Below, piece after piece: positions 45,373 to 56,500 of a DNA stretch of 64,000 nt; the stretch's first letter is position 1, and the number at the start of each line of letters is the position of its first letter. Location: the NCBI GenBank assembly GCA_021295785.1, contig JAGWBR010000011.1, forward strand, positions 37,839-101,838, given 5' to 3'. The position numbers and the translations under genes were made by a program. The notes under the pieces are model-generated. The model made no database searches, was not told the DNA's origin, and saw only the letters and a program-made list of their open reading frames with translations. The stretch comes from Gemmatimonadota bacterium (GTDB lineage: Bacteria > Gemmatimonadota > Gemmatimonadetes > Palauibacterales > Palauibacteraceae).

Positions 45373-46085
45373 CGCCACGCGGCGCTGTCGTGCCGGGCAT
45401 TCGGCCACGGATTTCCCGGTTGCATGTGTTGGTCTCCGAGCGGGAACTTGGCTCGCCCGACCGCGTGGGAGCGTTGCGGAAGATGCTTGAACCTGGTTCT
45501 CTGCCGGCGCCGGTCGCTTTCCACCTGAGGGCGCGGTTGGCCGGCCGGGAACTCTTTGCCGCGACAGAGATGGTCAGGGATCTGGCGGCCCGGGAAACTC
45601 GGCCCGGGCGCGCACACCCGATCGTGGTGAACGGGCGGGTCGACATCGCGCTGGCAGCAGGGGCCGCGGCAGTGCAGTTGGGCCGCGGGGCGTTACCGGT
45701 AGGGGCGGTGCGAGGTCTGGTTTCACACACACGCGGCCTCCCTTCGGTGGCGATCGGAAAGTCGGTCCATTCCGCCGGTGAAGCAGCCGCGGCGGCCGCC
45801 GAGGGGGTGGACTGGGTGATTGCAGGGCACGTATTCGACACGGATTCTCATTCGGGCACGCCCGGGCGAGGCATCGGGTGGCTGGCGTCAGTTGTCACCC
45901 GGGCGGGCGACTTGCCGGTAATTGCAATCGGCGGCATTGTCGCGCGCCGCGTCGACGCACTCCGGCAGACCGGGGTGTGGGGGGTGGCGGTATCGGGAGC
46001 CGTCTGGGCCGGACGCGACCCTGTCGAAACTGTCAGGGAGTTGACGGCCATACGGTGGCCCACGGCCCCCGACTGCACAGTTTGA
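45369..46085 (+). CDS. ThiE-fold protein, probably thiazole tautomerase TenI
   Basis: GKSVHS, GHVFDTDSH..GRG, PVIAIGG; precedes thiS-thiG. Start 45369 or 45390. Confidence 0.75.
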   Translation: MTPRGAVVPGIRPRISRLHVLVSERELGSPDRVGALRKMLEPGSLPAPVAFHLRARLAGRELFAATEMVRDLAARETRPGRAHPIVVNGRVDIALAAGAAAVQLGRGALPVGAVRGLVSHTRGLPSVAIGKSVHSAGEAAAAAAEGVDWVIAGHVFDTDSHSGTPGRGIGWLASVVTRAGDLPVIAIGGIVARRVDALRQTGVWGVAVSGAVWAGRDPVETVRELTAIRWPTAPDCTV

Positions 46086-46137
46086 GCGTGGCGACGATGC
46101 GGGCGGCGAACCCCGCCCCGTGGACTAGATTGGACAC

Positions 46138-46338
46138 ATGAATATCAAGGTGAATGGCGAGCCGGTTGAAGCCGAACCCGGCGCCTCCGCGGCTGCAGTG
46201 CTCGGGGCGCTTGGGATTGACCGGCGGGCAGTGGTGGTGGAGCTGAACGGGCAGATAATCCGGGGCCCCGACATTGACCAGTCGGGGATCGCCCCGGGCG
46301 ACCGCCTCGAAATCGTCCATTTCGTGGGGGGCGGATGA
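46138..46338 (+). CDS. thiS: Sulfur carrier protein ThiS
   Basis: 66 aa ending [13 protein letters not shown]. Confidence 0.96.
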   Translation: MNIKVNGEPVEAEPGASAAAVLGALGIDRRAVVVELNGQIIRGPDIDQSGIAPGDRLEIVHFVGGG

Positions 46339-46342
46339 TGGC

Positions 46343-47233
46343 TTGCGGGCAGCGGACAGCGAACACGGGTTCGTGGGCGCCTCCCGCGGCGCACGGGCCA
46401 GACCGGTAGCAGGCCCGGTGGACCATTTGGTGGTGGCGGGTCGCGAGTTCGAGTCGCGCCTGATCGTGGGAACCGGGAAATACACCGACGAGGCCACGAT
46501 GCTGGCGGCCATTCAGGCTTCTGGTGCCGAGATGGTCACGGTGGCTGTCCAGCGGGTGGACATCGCCCGCCCGGCCAGGGACAGCATCCTGCGGACCATC
46601 CGCCCCGAGGAGTTCATGATTCTCCCGAACACGGCCGGCTGCTACACGTCTGACGACGCTGTTCGCACCGCGCGCCTTGCCCGCGCCTCGGGCCTCAGCG
46701 ATTGGGTCAAGCTGGAGGTGATCGGCGACCGGGAGACCCTGCTGCCCGACACCGGGCAACTACTGGAAGCCACGCGAACCCTCGTTGCCGAGGGATTCAC
46801 GGTGCTCCCCTACACAAACGACGACCTGATCGCCGCGCTCAGGTTGGAGGAAGCCGGGGCCGCGGCCGTGATGCCGCTGGCGTCGCCCATCGGCAGCGGG
46901 CTCGGACTCCTTAACCCCGTTAACATCCGCATTCTCAAAGACCGCCTTGACGTGCCCGTGATCGTGGATGCCGGGGTGGGGACCGCCTCGGATGCATGTC
47001 TCACAATGGAGCAGGGGGTTGACGGGATTCTGATGAACACCGCGCTGGCGGAGGCGAGCGATCCGGTCCGGATGGCCAGGGCAATGGGCCTGGCGGTTCG
47101 TGCCGGGCGGGACGCGTACCTGGCCGGTCGGATGCCCCGGCGCGAGCGAGCGGTGCCGTCGAGCCCCGAATCGGGCCTCCCGGGCAAGGCGTTCGGCGCA
47201 GGCACGGTCGTGCCGGCAGGGGCGGACAGATGA
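46343..47233 (+). CDS. thiG: Thiazole synthase
   Basis: [37 protein letters not shown]. Start approximate (46343 or 46418). Confidence 0.96.
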   Translation: MRAADSEHGFVGASRGARARPVAGPVDHLVVAGREFESRLIVGTGKYTDEATMLAAIQASGAEMVTVAVQRVDIARPARDSILRTIRPEEFMILPNTAGCYTSDDAVRTARLARASGLSDWVKLEVIGDRETLLPDTGQLLEATRTLVAEGFTVLPYTNDDLIAALRLEEAGAAAVMPLASPIGSGLGLLNPVNIRILKDRLDVPVIVDAGVGTASDACLTMEQGVDGILMNTALAEASDPVRMARAMGLAVRAGRDAYLAGRMPRRERAVPSSPESGLPGKAFGAGTVVPAGADR

Positions 47234-48291
47234 TCGGCTCCGGCTCGAGGAGATCATCGCGCGGTCGCCGGCGGCCCCCCAAGCGCCGCAAAAGGCGCGG
47301 CGCGACCCTCGGCAGTCCCCCCCCCGACCAAGCCGCCCCCCGTGCCCGGAAGCGGCGTTCTCCCAAACCCAAACAACGTTCCCGCGAACCGACCGGAGCG
47401 CGCGGCAAAGCCCCCAAGCCGAAACGGCATCGCGTTCCATGGGTCCGGACCCCCGCCGGTCTTCGCAGCCGGCTGGCTGTGTGGGGAGGGATTACCGTGT
47501 TGTTTTTCGCCACCGGCTACCTGGTCGCGGCGTGGCGCGTTTTTCCCGCCTCGGAAGAAACAGCGGTGAGCCTGATTACGGTGGAGAACGTCACCGGCCA
47601 GTCGACTGCCGACGCCGCCGAGAGGCTGGGCGGCAGCGGGCTGGTCGCCCTGGTCGAAGAAGGATTGCACCACGGGCGTGTTCGGGCCGGGGATATAGTC
47701 GCTCAGGTGCCCATGCCGGGTCTGTTGGCGGCACCGGGCGATACCGTGCGCCTGGTACCCAGCCGGGGGGCCGTGACCCGCGAAGTGCCGGGGCTGGAGG
47801 GCCTTCCCAGGGCCCAGGCCGTGCAACTCCTGCGGGGGATGGGGTTCGAGACAGGGGTTGCGCCGGTGGTTGAACGCGGTCCGCCAGGGGTCATTCGGTC
47901 GGAACCGCCAACCGGTGCCCGGGTCACCCTTCCGGCCACGGTTGAAGTGTTTGTAAGGGAAGGGGAGACAATCGCACCCGACCTGGTCGGGCGCCCGGTG
48001 GCAGCGGCCGTGGCTCTGCTTGACTCCGCTAGCCTGGCCCCCGGTGCGGTCAGCTATTTGCCGGGAGCACCGGAGTTGGCGGGGATCGTACTGGACCAAG
48101 CCCCTTCGGCCGGCTCAAATCTCGACGTTGGTTCGCTCGTTTCTTTCGTGGTGGCCGGCAACGCACCCGATCCCGCGGGCGCCGAATTCATCGAGCAACC
48201 GCCCCCGGGTGACAGCATCCCGCCGTTCGGCCGGCTTCCGCCGCCCCCCGACACCGGCGTGCCACCGCGGCGGGTAGTGCCGCCCCGATGA
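47230..48291 (+). CDS. Membrane-anchored PASTA-domain protein (about 3 PASTA, no kinase)
   Basis: Basic N-terminus, one TM, repeats of the V/AP.L.G....A...L...G type with Q.P..G. Confidence 0.8.
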   Translation: MIGSGSRRSSRGRRRPPKRRKRRGATLGSPPPDQAAPRARKRRSPKPKQRSREPTGARGKAPKPKRHRVPWVRTPAGLRSRLAVWGGITVLFFATGYLVAAWRVFPASEETAVSLITVENVTGQSTADAAERLGGSGLVALVEEGLHHGRVRAGDIVAQVPMPGLLAAPGDTVRLVPSRGAVTREVPGLEGLPRAQAVQLLRGMGFETGVAPVVERGPPGVIRSEPPTGARVTLPATVEVFVREGETIAPDLVGRPVAAAVALLDSASLAPGAVSYLPGAPELAGIVLDQAPSAGSNLDVGSLVSFVVAGNAPDPAGAEFIEQPPPGDSIPPFGRLPPPPDTGVPPRRVVPPR

Positions 48292-49301
48292 TACGGCGGG
48301 CAGTATCGCCGGCCCGGGTAGGCGATGTTTTCTCGCAGTTGGCGGGCGGGGCCACGGCCCGGCGGCGCACCCGGAGGCAGCGCTGGCTGTTCCTCTCGGC
48401 TGCTTTCGCCATCTCGATCGTGCTGTGGCTGCGCGTATCCGGCACGTTCCTGGCCGACCAGCAGGTGCCGACGCGAATCGAATGGTCGGTTTCCGATACT
48501 GCCTGGAGTTTGCTGGAAGCCCCCGAGCAGGTAGTTGCCACCTTCAGGGGCCGGCGCGGGCAGGTCTTCACCTCGTTGTTTCAACAGCCCTACATCCGCA
48601 AGCTGATCGAGGTGGTAAACGACACCGTGCTCCGGATTCCCATCAGCCCGTCGGAGGTTATCTACAGCGCCGACCTGGAGGTACGCCCGGTGGCGCTGGA
48701 CGTGTCGCAGGTGGAGGTCCGGCTCGAACCCCGAACCCGTAAACGGGTGCCGGTAAGCGCCGAGACCGATGCCACGGCGGCGGCCGGGGCGGTGGTCGTG
48801 GGCCTGGACTTTGCCCCCGACAGCGTTTGGGTCTACGGACCGGCGTCCAGGGTGGAGGGAATCGACGTGGTTTCGGCGGGTACGATGCTTGTCGGGGAGA
48901 TCGGTGCCCGCGTCACTCGCCAGCTCATCATCGAGCTGCCACCGGGACTGACCGGGGTCGGGGTGGAGCCGGCCTCGGTAGTCGGGACCGTGCAGGTGGA
49001 TACGCTGGGGATGCGGACGTTTTCGAGGGCCGTCGAAGTGGTGTTGCCGTCCGATCTGGACGACTACGGGAATGTCGAATTCGATCCGTCTGAAGTGTCG
49101 GTTCTGGTGAGCGGTCCGTTGAGGATCCTGGCTGCCTTGCGGGCCGTTGACTTCCGGGCGCTGGTGATGCTTGAGGATCCTCCCCGCCAGGGCGCGAGTT
49201 ACCCGGTGGAACTTGAGTGGCCCCGGGACTTGGCTGTCACGGCAACCTCCGATCCGCCGCGTGTTACGGCCCAGCTGAACCCGACTTCCGGCCAGCGGTA
49301 G
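48288..49301 (+). CDS. YbbR/CdaR-like protein
   Basis: TM ending SIVLWL.V; repeated P..V.V.GP motifs. Confidence 0.7.
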   Translation: MIRRAVSPARVGDVFSQLAGGATARRRTRRQRWLFLSAAFAISIVLWLRVSGTFLADQQVPTRIEWSVSDTAWSLLEAPEQVVATFRGRRGQVFTSLFQQPYIRKLIEVVNDTVLRIPISPSEVIYSADLEVRPVALDVSQVEVRLEPRTRKRVPVSAETDATAAAGAVVVGLDFAPDSVWVYGPASRVEGIDVVSAGTMLVGEIGARVTRQLIIELPPGLTGVGVEPASVVGTVQVDTLGMRTFSRAVEVVLPSDLDDYGNVEFDPSEVSVLVSGPLRILAALRAVDFRALVMLEDPPRQGASYPVELEWPRDLAVTATSDPPRVTAQLNPTSGQR

Positions 49302-49314
49302 CGTGAGGGAAGCA

Positions 49315-50460
49315 ATGGCATTGCGGGGCCCGGTCCTGGGCATCGAGACATCGTGCGACGAGACTTCTGCCGCGGTCGTTGACCAGGGCAGGGTGCTGGG
49401 TTTGGCGATAGCCTCCCAAGACGCCCACGCGGCGTTCGGGGGAGTGGTTCCGGAGATCGCCGCCCGCGAGCATGTGAAGGCCGTCGATGCCATGGTCGCC
49501 CTCGCCATGAAGCAGGCCGGGGTGGGCCCGTCTGATCTGGAAGGAGTGGGTGCGACCGCGGGGCCGGGGTTGGTGGGGGCCCTGCTGGTGGGGTTGTCGT
49601 GGGCGAAGGCGTTCGCGTTCGCCCGGGCGCTCCCGTTCATTGCCGTCCATCACATGGAAGGGCACTTGTTTGGGGCGGCCCTCGAGCACCCCGGTGCGCG
49701 TCCGCCCTTCATTGGACTGCTGGTCTCGGGAGGACACACGATGCTTCTCGAGGTGAGGGACTGGGGCCGGTACCGGCTGCTGGGGCAGACCCGCGATGAC
49801 GCGGCGGGCGAGGCATTTGACAAGTCGGCCAGGCGGCTCGGCCTGGGGTACCCGGGCGGCCCCGAGATCCAGCGAGCGGCCGAGCGGTGGGCCCCTGCTC
49901 CCGGGAAACCAGCCCCGTTCAGCCTGCCGCGCCCGATGCTCTCTTCACAAACAAACCCCGCCGACCCGGCTTATTTCGACATGTCTTTCTCGGGCCTGAA
50001 AACCGCGCTCGCCGTGCAGGCGGCCCGCCTGGAGGGTGAACCGGGCGGCCTTGAACCGCATGTTCCCGCACTGGCGAACGAGCTCCAGGAGGCCGTGGTG
50101 GAAGTGCTGGTAGAGAAAACCGCGCGCGCCGCAGCGATCATCTCCCCGCCCCGGAGAGTGGTCGTGGGCGGCGGGGTGGCCTGCAACACCCGGCTCAGAG
50201 AATGCTTGGAGGAGAGGTTCGGCAAAGACATGGTTTTCTGCCCCTCTCCCCGAATCGCCACGGACAACGCGGCCATGATCGCTGCTGCGGCCGCATGGCG
50301 CCTGGGACGCGGCGAACGGAGCTCTTGGTCGGTCGGGGCTGACCCGGCCCTGCCGCTGCCCGGGCTAATCCAGGCGTCGGTCGGCGCGATCAATGGCCCC
50401 CGCGGAACTTCAACCGAAATCCGATATACGGAAAGAAAGAAACCCGTGCATGTACCCTGA
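49315..50460 (+). CDS. tsaD: tRNA t6A threonylcarbamoyltransferase subunit TsaD
   Basis: LGIETSCDET, GGVVPEIAAR.H, HHMEGH, DDAAGEAFDK, TDNAAMI. Confidence 0.97.
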   Translation: MALRGPVLGIETSCDETSAAVVDQGRVLGLAIASQDAHAAFGGVVPEIAAREHVKAVDAMVALAMKQAGVGPSDLEGVGATAGPGLVGALLVGLSWAKAFAFARALPFIAVHHMEGHLFGAALEHPGARPPFIGLLVSGGHTMLLEVRDWGRYRLLGQTRDDAAGEAFDKSARRLGLGYPGGPEIQRAAERWAPAPGKPAPFSLPRPMLSSQTNPADPAYFDMSFSGLKTALAVQAARLEGEPGGLEPHVPALANELQEAVVEVLVEKTARAAAIISPPRRVVVGGGVACNTRLRECLEERFGKDMVFCPSPRIATDNAAMIAAAAAWRLGRGERSSWSVGADPALPLPGLIQASVGAINGPRGTSTEIRYTERKKPVHVP

Positions 50461-51295
50461 ACTTTTCACTATCGACCTCCCAATGCTGGGAACCCTGCCG
50501 ATAACCTCGTTCGGGGTGTCAATGGCGGCGGCATTTGGCGGAGCGTATCTGGTGCTGCGCAGCGAACTGACCCGGCGGGACGGCGCGCCCGAGCTTGCCG
50601 ACGGCATCATGCTGGCGGGGCTTGTGGGCGGAATCGTGGGCGCCAAACTGTACTTCGCACTCCTGCACTGGGAGCGCACCGCTGCCGACCCGGCCGAGAT
50701 GATCTTCTCGCGGGGCGGCCTGGTGTGGTACGGCGGCTTTATCGGCGGTGCCCTGGCTGTGTTCTGGTTGCTCAAGAGGCGGGGGGCTCCGCTGCTGAGA
50801 ACAATCGACTGCGCGGCCCCCGCCTTGGCGATCGGGTACTGTATCGGGCGTATCGGATGTTTCCTGGTGGGCGACGATTACGGTTATCCGACCGACGGCT
50901 GGACCGCTGTGGCATTTCCCGACGGCGCACCGCCGACCACCGCCGCCAACCTGCGGGCGTTCGGCGCGGACGTGGACCCTGCCATTCCGGGCGACACGGT
51001 GTTAGCTGTACATCCCACGCAGCTCTACGAGGCGGGCCTGATGCTGATTGTGTTTCTGGTCCTGATGAGATTGTCCCGCGGACCGGTTCGCCCGCCCGGA
51101 TGGCTGTTTGCCGCCTGGCTGGCGATGGCCGGCGTGGAGCGAATCCTGATCGAGTTCTTCAGGGCGAAGGACGACCGCTTCCTTGGCCCGTTCACGCTGG
51201 CCCAGTTCTTTTCGGTGCTGGCGGTGGCGGGGGCTGTTTGGGCCCTGGCGCACCTTCGCAACACGCGTTCCACGCAACCCGCGCCGACGGGTTAG
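50450..51295 (+). CDS. lgt: Prolipoprotein diacylglyceryl transferase
   Basis: GGLVWYGG, GRIGCFL.GDDYG, HPTQLYE, EFFR. Confidence 0.93.
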   Translation: MYPELFTIDLPMLGTLPITSFGVSMAAAFGGAYLVLRSELTRRDGAPELADGIMLAGLVGGIVGAKLYFALLHWERTAADPAEMIFSRGGLVWYGGFIGGALAVFWLLKRRGAPLLRTIDCAAPALAIGYCIGRIGCFLVGDDYGYPTDGWTAVAFPDGAPPTTAANLRAFGADVDPAIPGDTVLAVHPTQLYEAGLMLIVFLVLMRLSRGPVRPPGWLFAAWLAMAGVERILIEFFRAKDDRFLGPFTLAQFFSVLAVAGAVWALAHLRNTRSTQPAPTG

Positions 51296-51305
51296 GTAGC
51301 CGACT

Positions 51306-53515
51306 TTGCCGCACCGGGGGCTCGCAACCGTTTTCGTCCTGGCAGGGGTAGTGGCCGCGGGCCCACAGCACCGCGGGGGTCACGCGCGGGTTGACGTTGA
51401 GCGGCTTGTGTTTGTCGGGAACGACCGCGTATCAGACGGTGAACTGGCGTCGGTAATCCAGTCGCGACAGTCGCGGTGCGCCACCGCCCTGCTCACTCCA
51501 CTGTGCGTGGTCTGTGCGTGGTGTTCGATCTCGATTTCTCCCGCCGCCGGGGGTATCTGGACACGCTGGCCGTGCAGCAAGACGTGCTGCGGCTCCAGAG
51601 CTACTATGCGGCGCGGGGTTTTCTTTCGGCTCAAGTCGGCAGCCGGGTCGAGATGACCGACAGCGGCGAGGCCGCCCGAATCGAGTTCACCATCGATGAA
51701 GGCCCGGCCACGATCATTAGTGCTCTGGAGGTCACCGGCCTGCCGTACAACATGTCGGAGCGGGAAACGCTGGATCTGGTCGGTATCGAACCGGGCGCGA
51801 TGTTTGACCGGATCAGGCTGCAGGCCGCCAAGGACAGTCTTTTGGCCGAGTTGGCGGAACGCGGGCATATCCGGGCGACGATTCTCGAGGATACGCGGCA
51901 TTCAGACCAGGGCACGGCGCAGGTCGGCCTGGGTGTCCGCGCGGGGCCACGGTTCCGGATTGGCGAAATCCGCGTCCACGGGGAAGGAGCCATCGGCGAG
52001 GGCGTGGTTCGGGCGCTGATGGTGCAGCGGGAAGGCGACTACTACAGCCAGCCACTGACCGACCAGAGTCAGAGAGAGCTCTTTGCCCTGGACGCGGTCC
52101 GGTTCGCCTCAATCAGCGTGACTCCCGGCGGAGGTGAAGCGACCGCCGCCGAAGGTGAGGCGACCGCCGACCTGGACGTACAGATAACCCTCGCGCCGGA
52201 ACAGGCTACCCGGGGAGGCTTGGGCTGGAGTACCAACCAGTGCGTGCAAACCGAGGCCCGGCTGACACACCGCAACTTCCTGGGCGGTGGGAAACGGTTG
52301 GCCCTGATCGGTGCGCTCAAGAACATCGCCGCGGAGCAGTTGTCCGGCTCTTTCCCGTGCCAGGACGTGGGGTCGGTTCCGGCCTTCCAGACGCTGAACT
52401 ATCTGGTCCGCCTGGAAATGGCCACGCCCGCGTTCCTGTCGGGGCGCAACACGCTGGTCACAGGGTTGTTCGCCGAGACCGAGACGATCCCCGACGTGTT
52501 CATCAGGCATGCCGTCGGTGCGGAGATCGCGCTTTCCCGGACCATCAGCCGCGACACGAGAGCCGGGTTCAGCTGGACGCCGTCCTACACCGGCATGGAC
52601 GAGCGCACCGCCGACGTTTTCTTCTGCATCAATTTCTATTTCTGTACAATCGAAGCAATCGAAATAATCACGGGCACGCGGTGGCTGTCGCCCGTGGCCG
52701 GGAGCTGGAGATTCAGCCGCACCGACGACCCGCTTCAGCCCTCGCGCGGGTTTTACGTGGCGGGCGACGCCGAACTCGCGGCTTCCTGGACCGGGTCTGA
52801 CTACGAGTATCTCCGCGCCGGATTCCAGGTTGCGGCGTTCCAGGAGCTGACCCGAAGCTCTGTTCTGGGGTTGCAGGTCCGGATGGGTGCCCTGGACGCG
52901 TGGGGCATCCGCGGTCTGTCGCCAGACGCCGCTGACGCTGACACCGATCTTGATCCCGGCGAAGGGCTCGCGCATCCCTCCAAACGGTTTTTCGGCGGCG
53001 GTGCCCACAGCGTGCGTGGATTCGGCCAGAACTTGTTGGGCCCCCGGGTCTTGGTCGCCTACGTGTTGGAAGATTGCCCCGACGAGATCATACTGAACTG
53101 CGTTGAGCGGCTGGCGGCCGAGAGCCCGCGCGATCTGGACCAGCGCCCCACCGGTGGCGACAGATCGATCACGATGAGCGTCGAGATGCGCCACCAACTG
53201 GGGGAGAGGTGGGGCGCGACGGCGTTCCTGGACGGAGGCACTGTTTGGGATTCCTCCACCGGGCCCCGGGAAGCCGTGGTGACGCCCGGTGTCGGGCTTC
53301 GGTTCAACAGCCCCATCGGCCCGCTTCGCATTGACGTGGCCTACAACCCCAGCGGCGCCGAGATGCTGCCGGTGGCCTTCTCGCTTCCCAACGGCACGTT
53401 GGCCACGCTCTCGGATGCGGTTTCGTACGACCTGTTTGCGTTCGACGATCCGCCGTTTGGCCGGGAGCTGCTGCGCCGTCTCCAGTTCCACGTGGCAATC
53501 GGAGAGGCGTTCTAG
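51306..53515 (+). pseudogene. BamA/TamA (Omp85) family outer membrane protein, frameshifted by an 11-bp duplication
   Basis: POTRA motifs (F.GN, YYAARGF, IDEGP), SVRGF, GLRFNSPIGPLRIDVA, IGEAF end; CTGTGCGTGGT x2 at 51501-51522. Confidence 0.85.
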
Positions 53516-53517
53516 GG

Positions 53518-56500
53518 ATGGGCGACTTGCCCAAGCACCGGCTCCTCCAGGGGCGCGGACGCGGACGCAAGCGGTCCGGCAAGGCTCCCGCCAACGGGGT
53601 CGTCGGGCGGGGTTGGCGAGTCGGCAGGTTCGGTCCGGTCGGGCGGATTCAGACCACCGTAGCATGCCTGGTGTTGTTGGGGGCGGCGCTCGGGTTCCTG
53701 GTCACCCGCACCCCGCCGGGCCGCGGCATCCTCTCGGCCTGGGCCGAACGCATCATCACCGCCCGGATCCAGGGCGACATGAAGATCGGCAGGATCTTGG
53801 ACGGAGACCTGTTCGGTCGTACCGTGTTCGAATACATCGAGCTGCATGACCCCGAAGGCGAGTTCGTGATGCGGCTCGACACGGTTTCCATCCAATACAG
53901 TCCCTCGTTCTTTTCGATCTTCTGGGGGGGCGGCACCGAAATCCAGGACATGCACGCGCGGCAGGCCGTGATCCACCTGGTGCAGAGCCAGGACTTCGAG
54001 TGGAACATCGACCGCGCCACCTACCCGGTTGGCTGGGTTTCCGCGGCGAACGGTTTCCCGTTGCCGCAGGACGCACCGCAAGACTCGTCGCTGCAAGAGA
54101 GCGATCCCGACGCGGGTCAAGACGTGGCCCGCCGGCCCCCGGAGGCCGAGGGGCGTCCGCCCCTGCTGATTGAGAACATGGTTGCCGACCGTTTCTCCAT
54201 CAGGATTCTCTCAATACCTCCCCCGGAGGTACTTGCAGGGCGGTCCCCCTGGGCCAGAACCGAAGGCCCTGACGGTTTGCCGCGGGCGCTGTTCGCGGTG
54301 GACGACGGACGGGCCCATTTCTCGCAAATCCGGCTGGCCCCGGATTCGCCGATTCTGTTGGAAGTCGGCGGGGTCTCGGGCGTTCTGACTCTGTTGACCC
54401 AACCGCTCCACGCCGAATCGCTCCGGGGGTCGGTGACCATCGGCGACAGCATCCGGTACCAAATCGACGGGTTCAAAACACCCGGGTCGGCGTTGTCGGG
54501 CAGCGGGTGGACGGACTGGGACTGGCCCCCGTCGTTCGATTTCGAGTTTGAAATCGACAGTGCGGACGTCTCCGACCTTGGGTGGACCGGGTTGCCGTTG
54601 CCCCAGTCGGGGAGCACCCCCGCCCGTCTGCGGACCTGGTCCGACCCCGCCGGGTTCAGTCGTGTGCGGATCGAGGAAGTGGACCTCAGGTCGGGCGGCA
54701 TGCGGATCCAGGGGGATGTGTCCTTTGTGAGCGACGCCGACCCCCCCGTGGTGGAAATGGCCAGCTTCGAGCTCGACAGGGTGCCGGCCTCGGTGGCGGA
54801 CGACATTCTGGGCACGGGCCCGGGCAAGCAGGGCCTGATCAGCGGCGAACTGGCACTTTCGGGCCGCGCCGATCAGCTGGAAGTGGACGCCGACCTGATG
54901 CTGGAGCCGACCGAGGTCGCGGCGGGAAACTCCGCGCCGGGACCGGGACCGGGGGCGGCTTCCTTCCTTGCGGCCGCCGGGCAGGTTCGTTTCTCGGACC
55001 CGGATGTTTCCGCGAGCGCGGCCGGGGGTGTGGACGCGAGGCCGCCCAACCCGGCCCTGGAGATCGGAGACGTTACCCTCCACCTGGAAGAGTTCGACCC
55101 GGCGTGGCTGGTCGACCGGGGCCTTCCGTCCGGGGCAGCCGATCTGCTCTCCGGGCGACACACAGGGTCTTGGCGGGTGACCCGCACCCCGGATAACGGC
55201 TACTTGCTTGAGGGCCGGGCCGCACACCTGAATCCGGCAGGGCAGACGAGCGATCTGACGGCAAACCTGGCCATCGACCCCGTTGCCGGATTCGTAGACG
55301 GGTCGCTGTTGGCCGCACCCTGGTTTGTGACCGGGGGCCAGGGCCTTTGGGGGTCGGTGGAAGTCAGCGGCACGCTTGACCAGCTGGCCCTGCAGGCTGA
55401 TCTGTCCGACGGCGTGGGCCGGGTCCAGGCTGCCGGGGTGATTGCACCTGGTGAAGAACCCCCGTCGTATGACGTTGAGCTGTCCCTCGACAACATTTCC
55501 CTGGATGTCTGGATCGAAGATTGGCCGGCGACGGACCTCAACGGATCGCTTCTGGCCAGGGGACGCGGACTCGACCCCGCGACCATGGAACTTGAAGTCG
55601 AGCTGGAAATCGGGCGGTCTCGGCTGGGGTCTACCGAGATCGAGGATGCCTACTCCCGGGGGACGGTTTCCGCCGGGCAGGCGACGGTCGAATTCCTGAC
55701 GGTGGATTCCGATCTGCTGGCCGGGCAGGCCACGGGCACGGTTGGGCTGGCCGAACAGGCCGGGGGCACGCTCCGCTTTGACTTCGACCTGCCCGAGGTG
55801 GCCGACTTCGCGCCGTGGCTCGAAAACGCCAACCTCCCGCTTGCGATTCGGCCGGGCCCCGGAGAGCAGCCCAGCTTCACCGGAGCCGTTTCGGTGGGCG
55901 GTGAACTGACTGGCGGCATGCAGGCAGCCGATCTGGTGTTGTCGCTGGCGGGGCGGGACGTTGGGTGGAACGCATACGAGGCCGCCGTAGTCACGGGCGA
56001 CGTCCGGGTGCCCGCGCTCCCGAGTTTCGACGGGGCTCACGGACAGGCATCCCTGCTGGGAGTCTCCAGGGGAGAGTGGGAACTCGATTCGCTGGCCGTG
56101 GACGCGCGATTCTCGCTCGAAGCGGCGGCCCCGGGCGGGCCCCTGGTCCCGACCATCGCGTACCAGCTGGCCGGCGCTCGGGACACGACGCTTGCCGCTG
56201 CCTCATCGGGCACAATCGAGGTCGGCGAAAACGGACGTACGGAAGCCCGGATCAACCAACTCTGGATTGAACTGGGGTCCGGCGAGCTCGACCTGGACGC
56301 TCCGGTCCGTTTGGTGCACGCCGCCGACACGCTGGCAGTAGGGGGTTTCGATCTGACCGGCACTCTGGGTTCGATTCGCGCCAGCGGCCAGATACCCGGT
56401 TCGCTGGAAGTGAATGTCGCCGACCTGGATGTGGGCCAAGCCGCCTATGCGCTCACTCCCTGGCCCGAGACGGAGGGGGTCCTCTCGGTTGCCGCTACGG

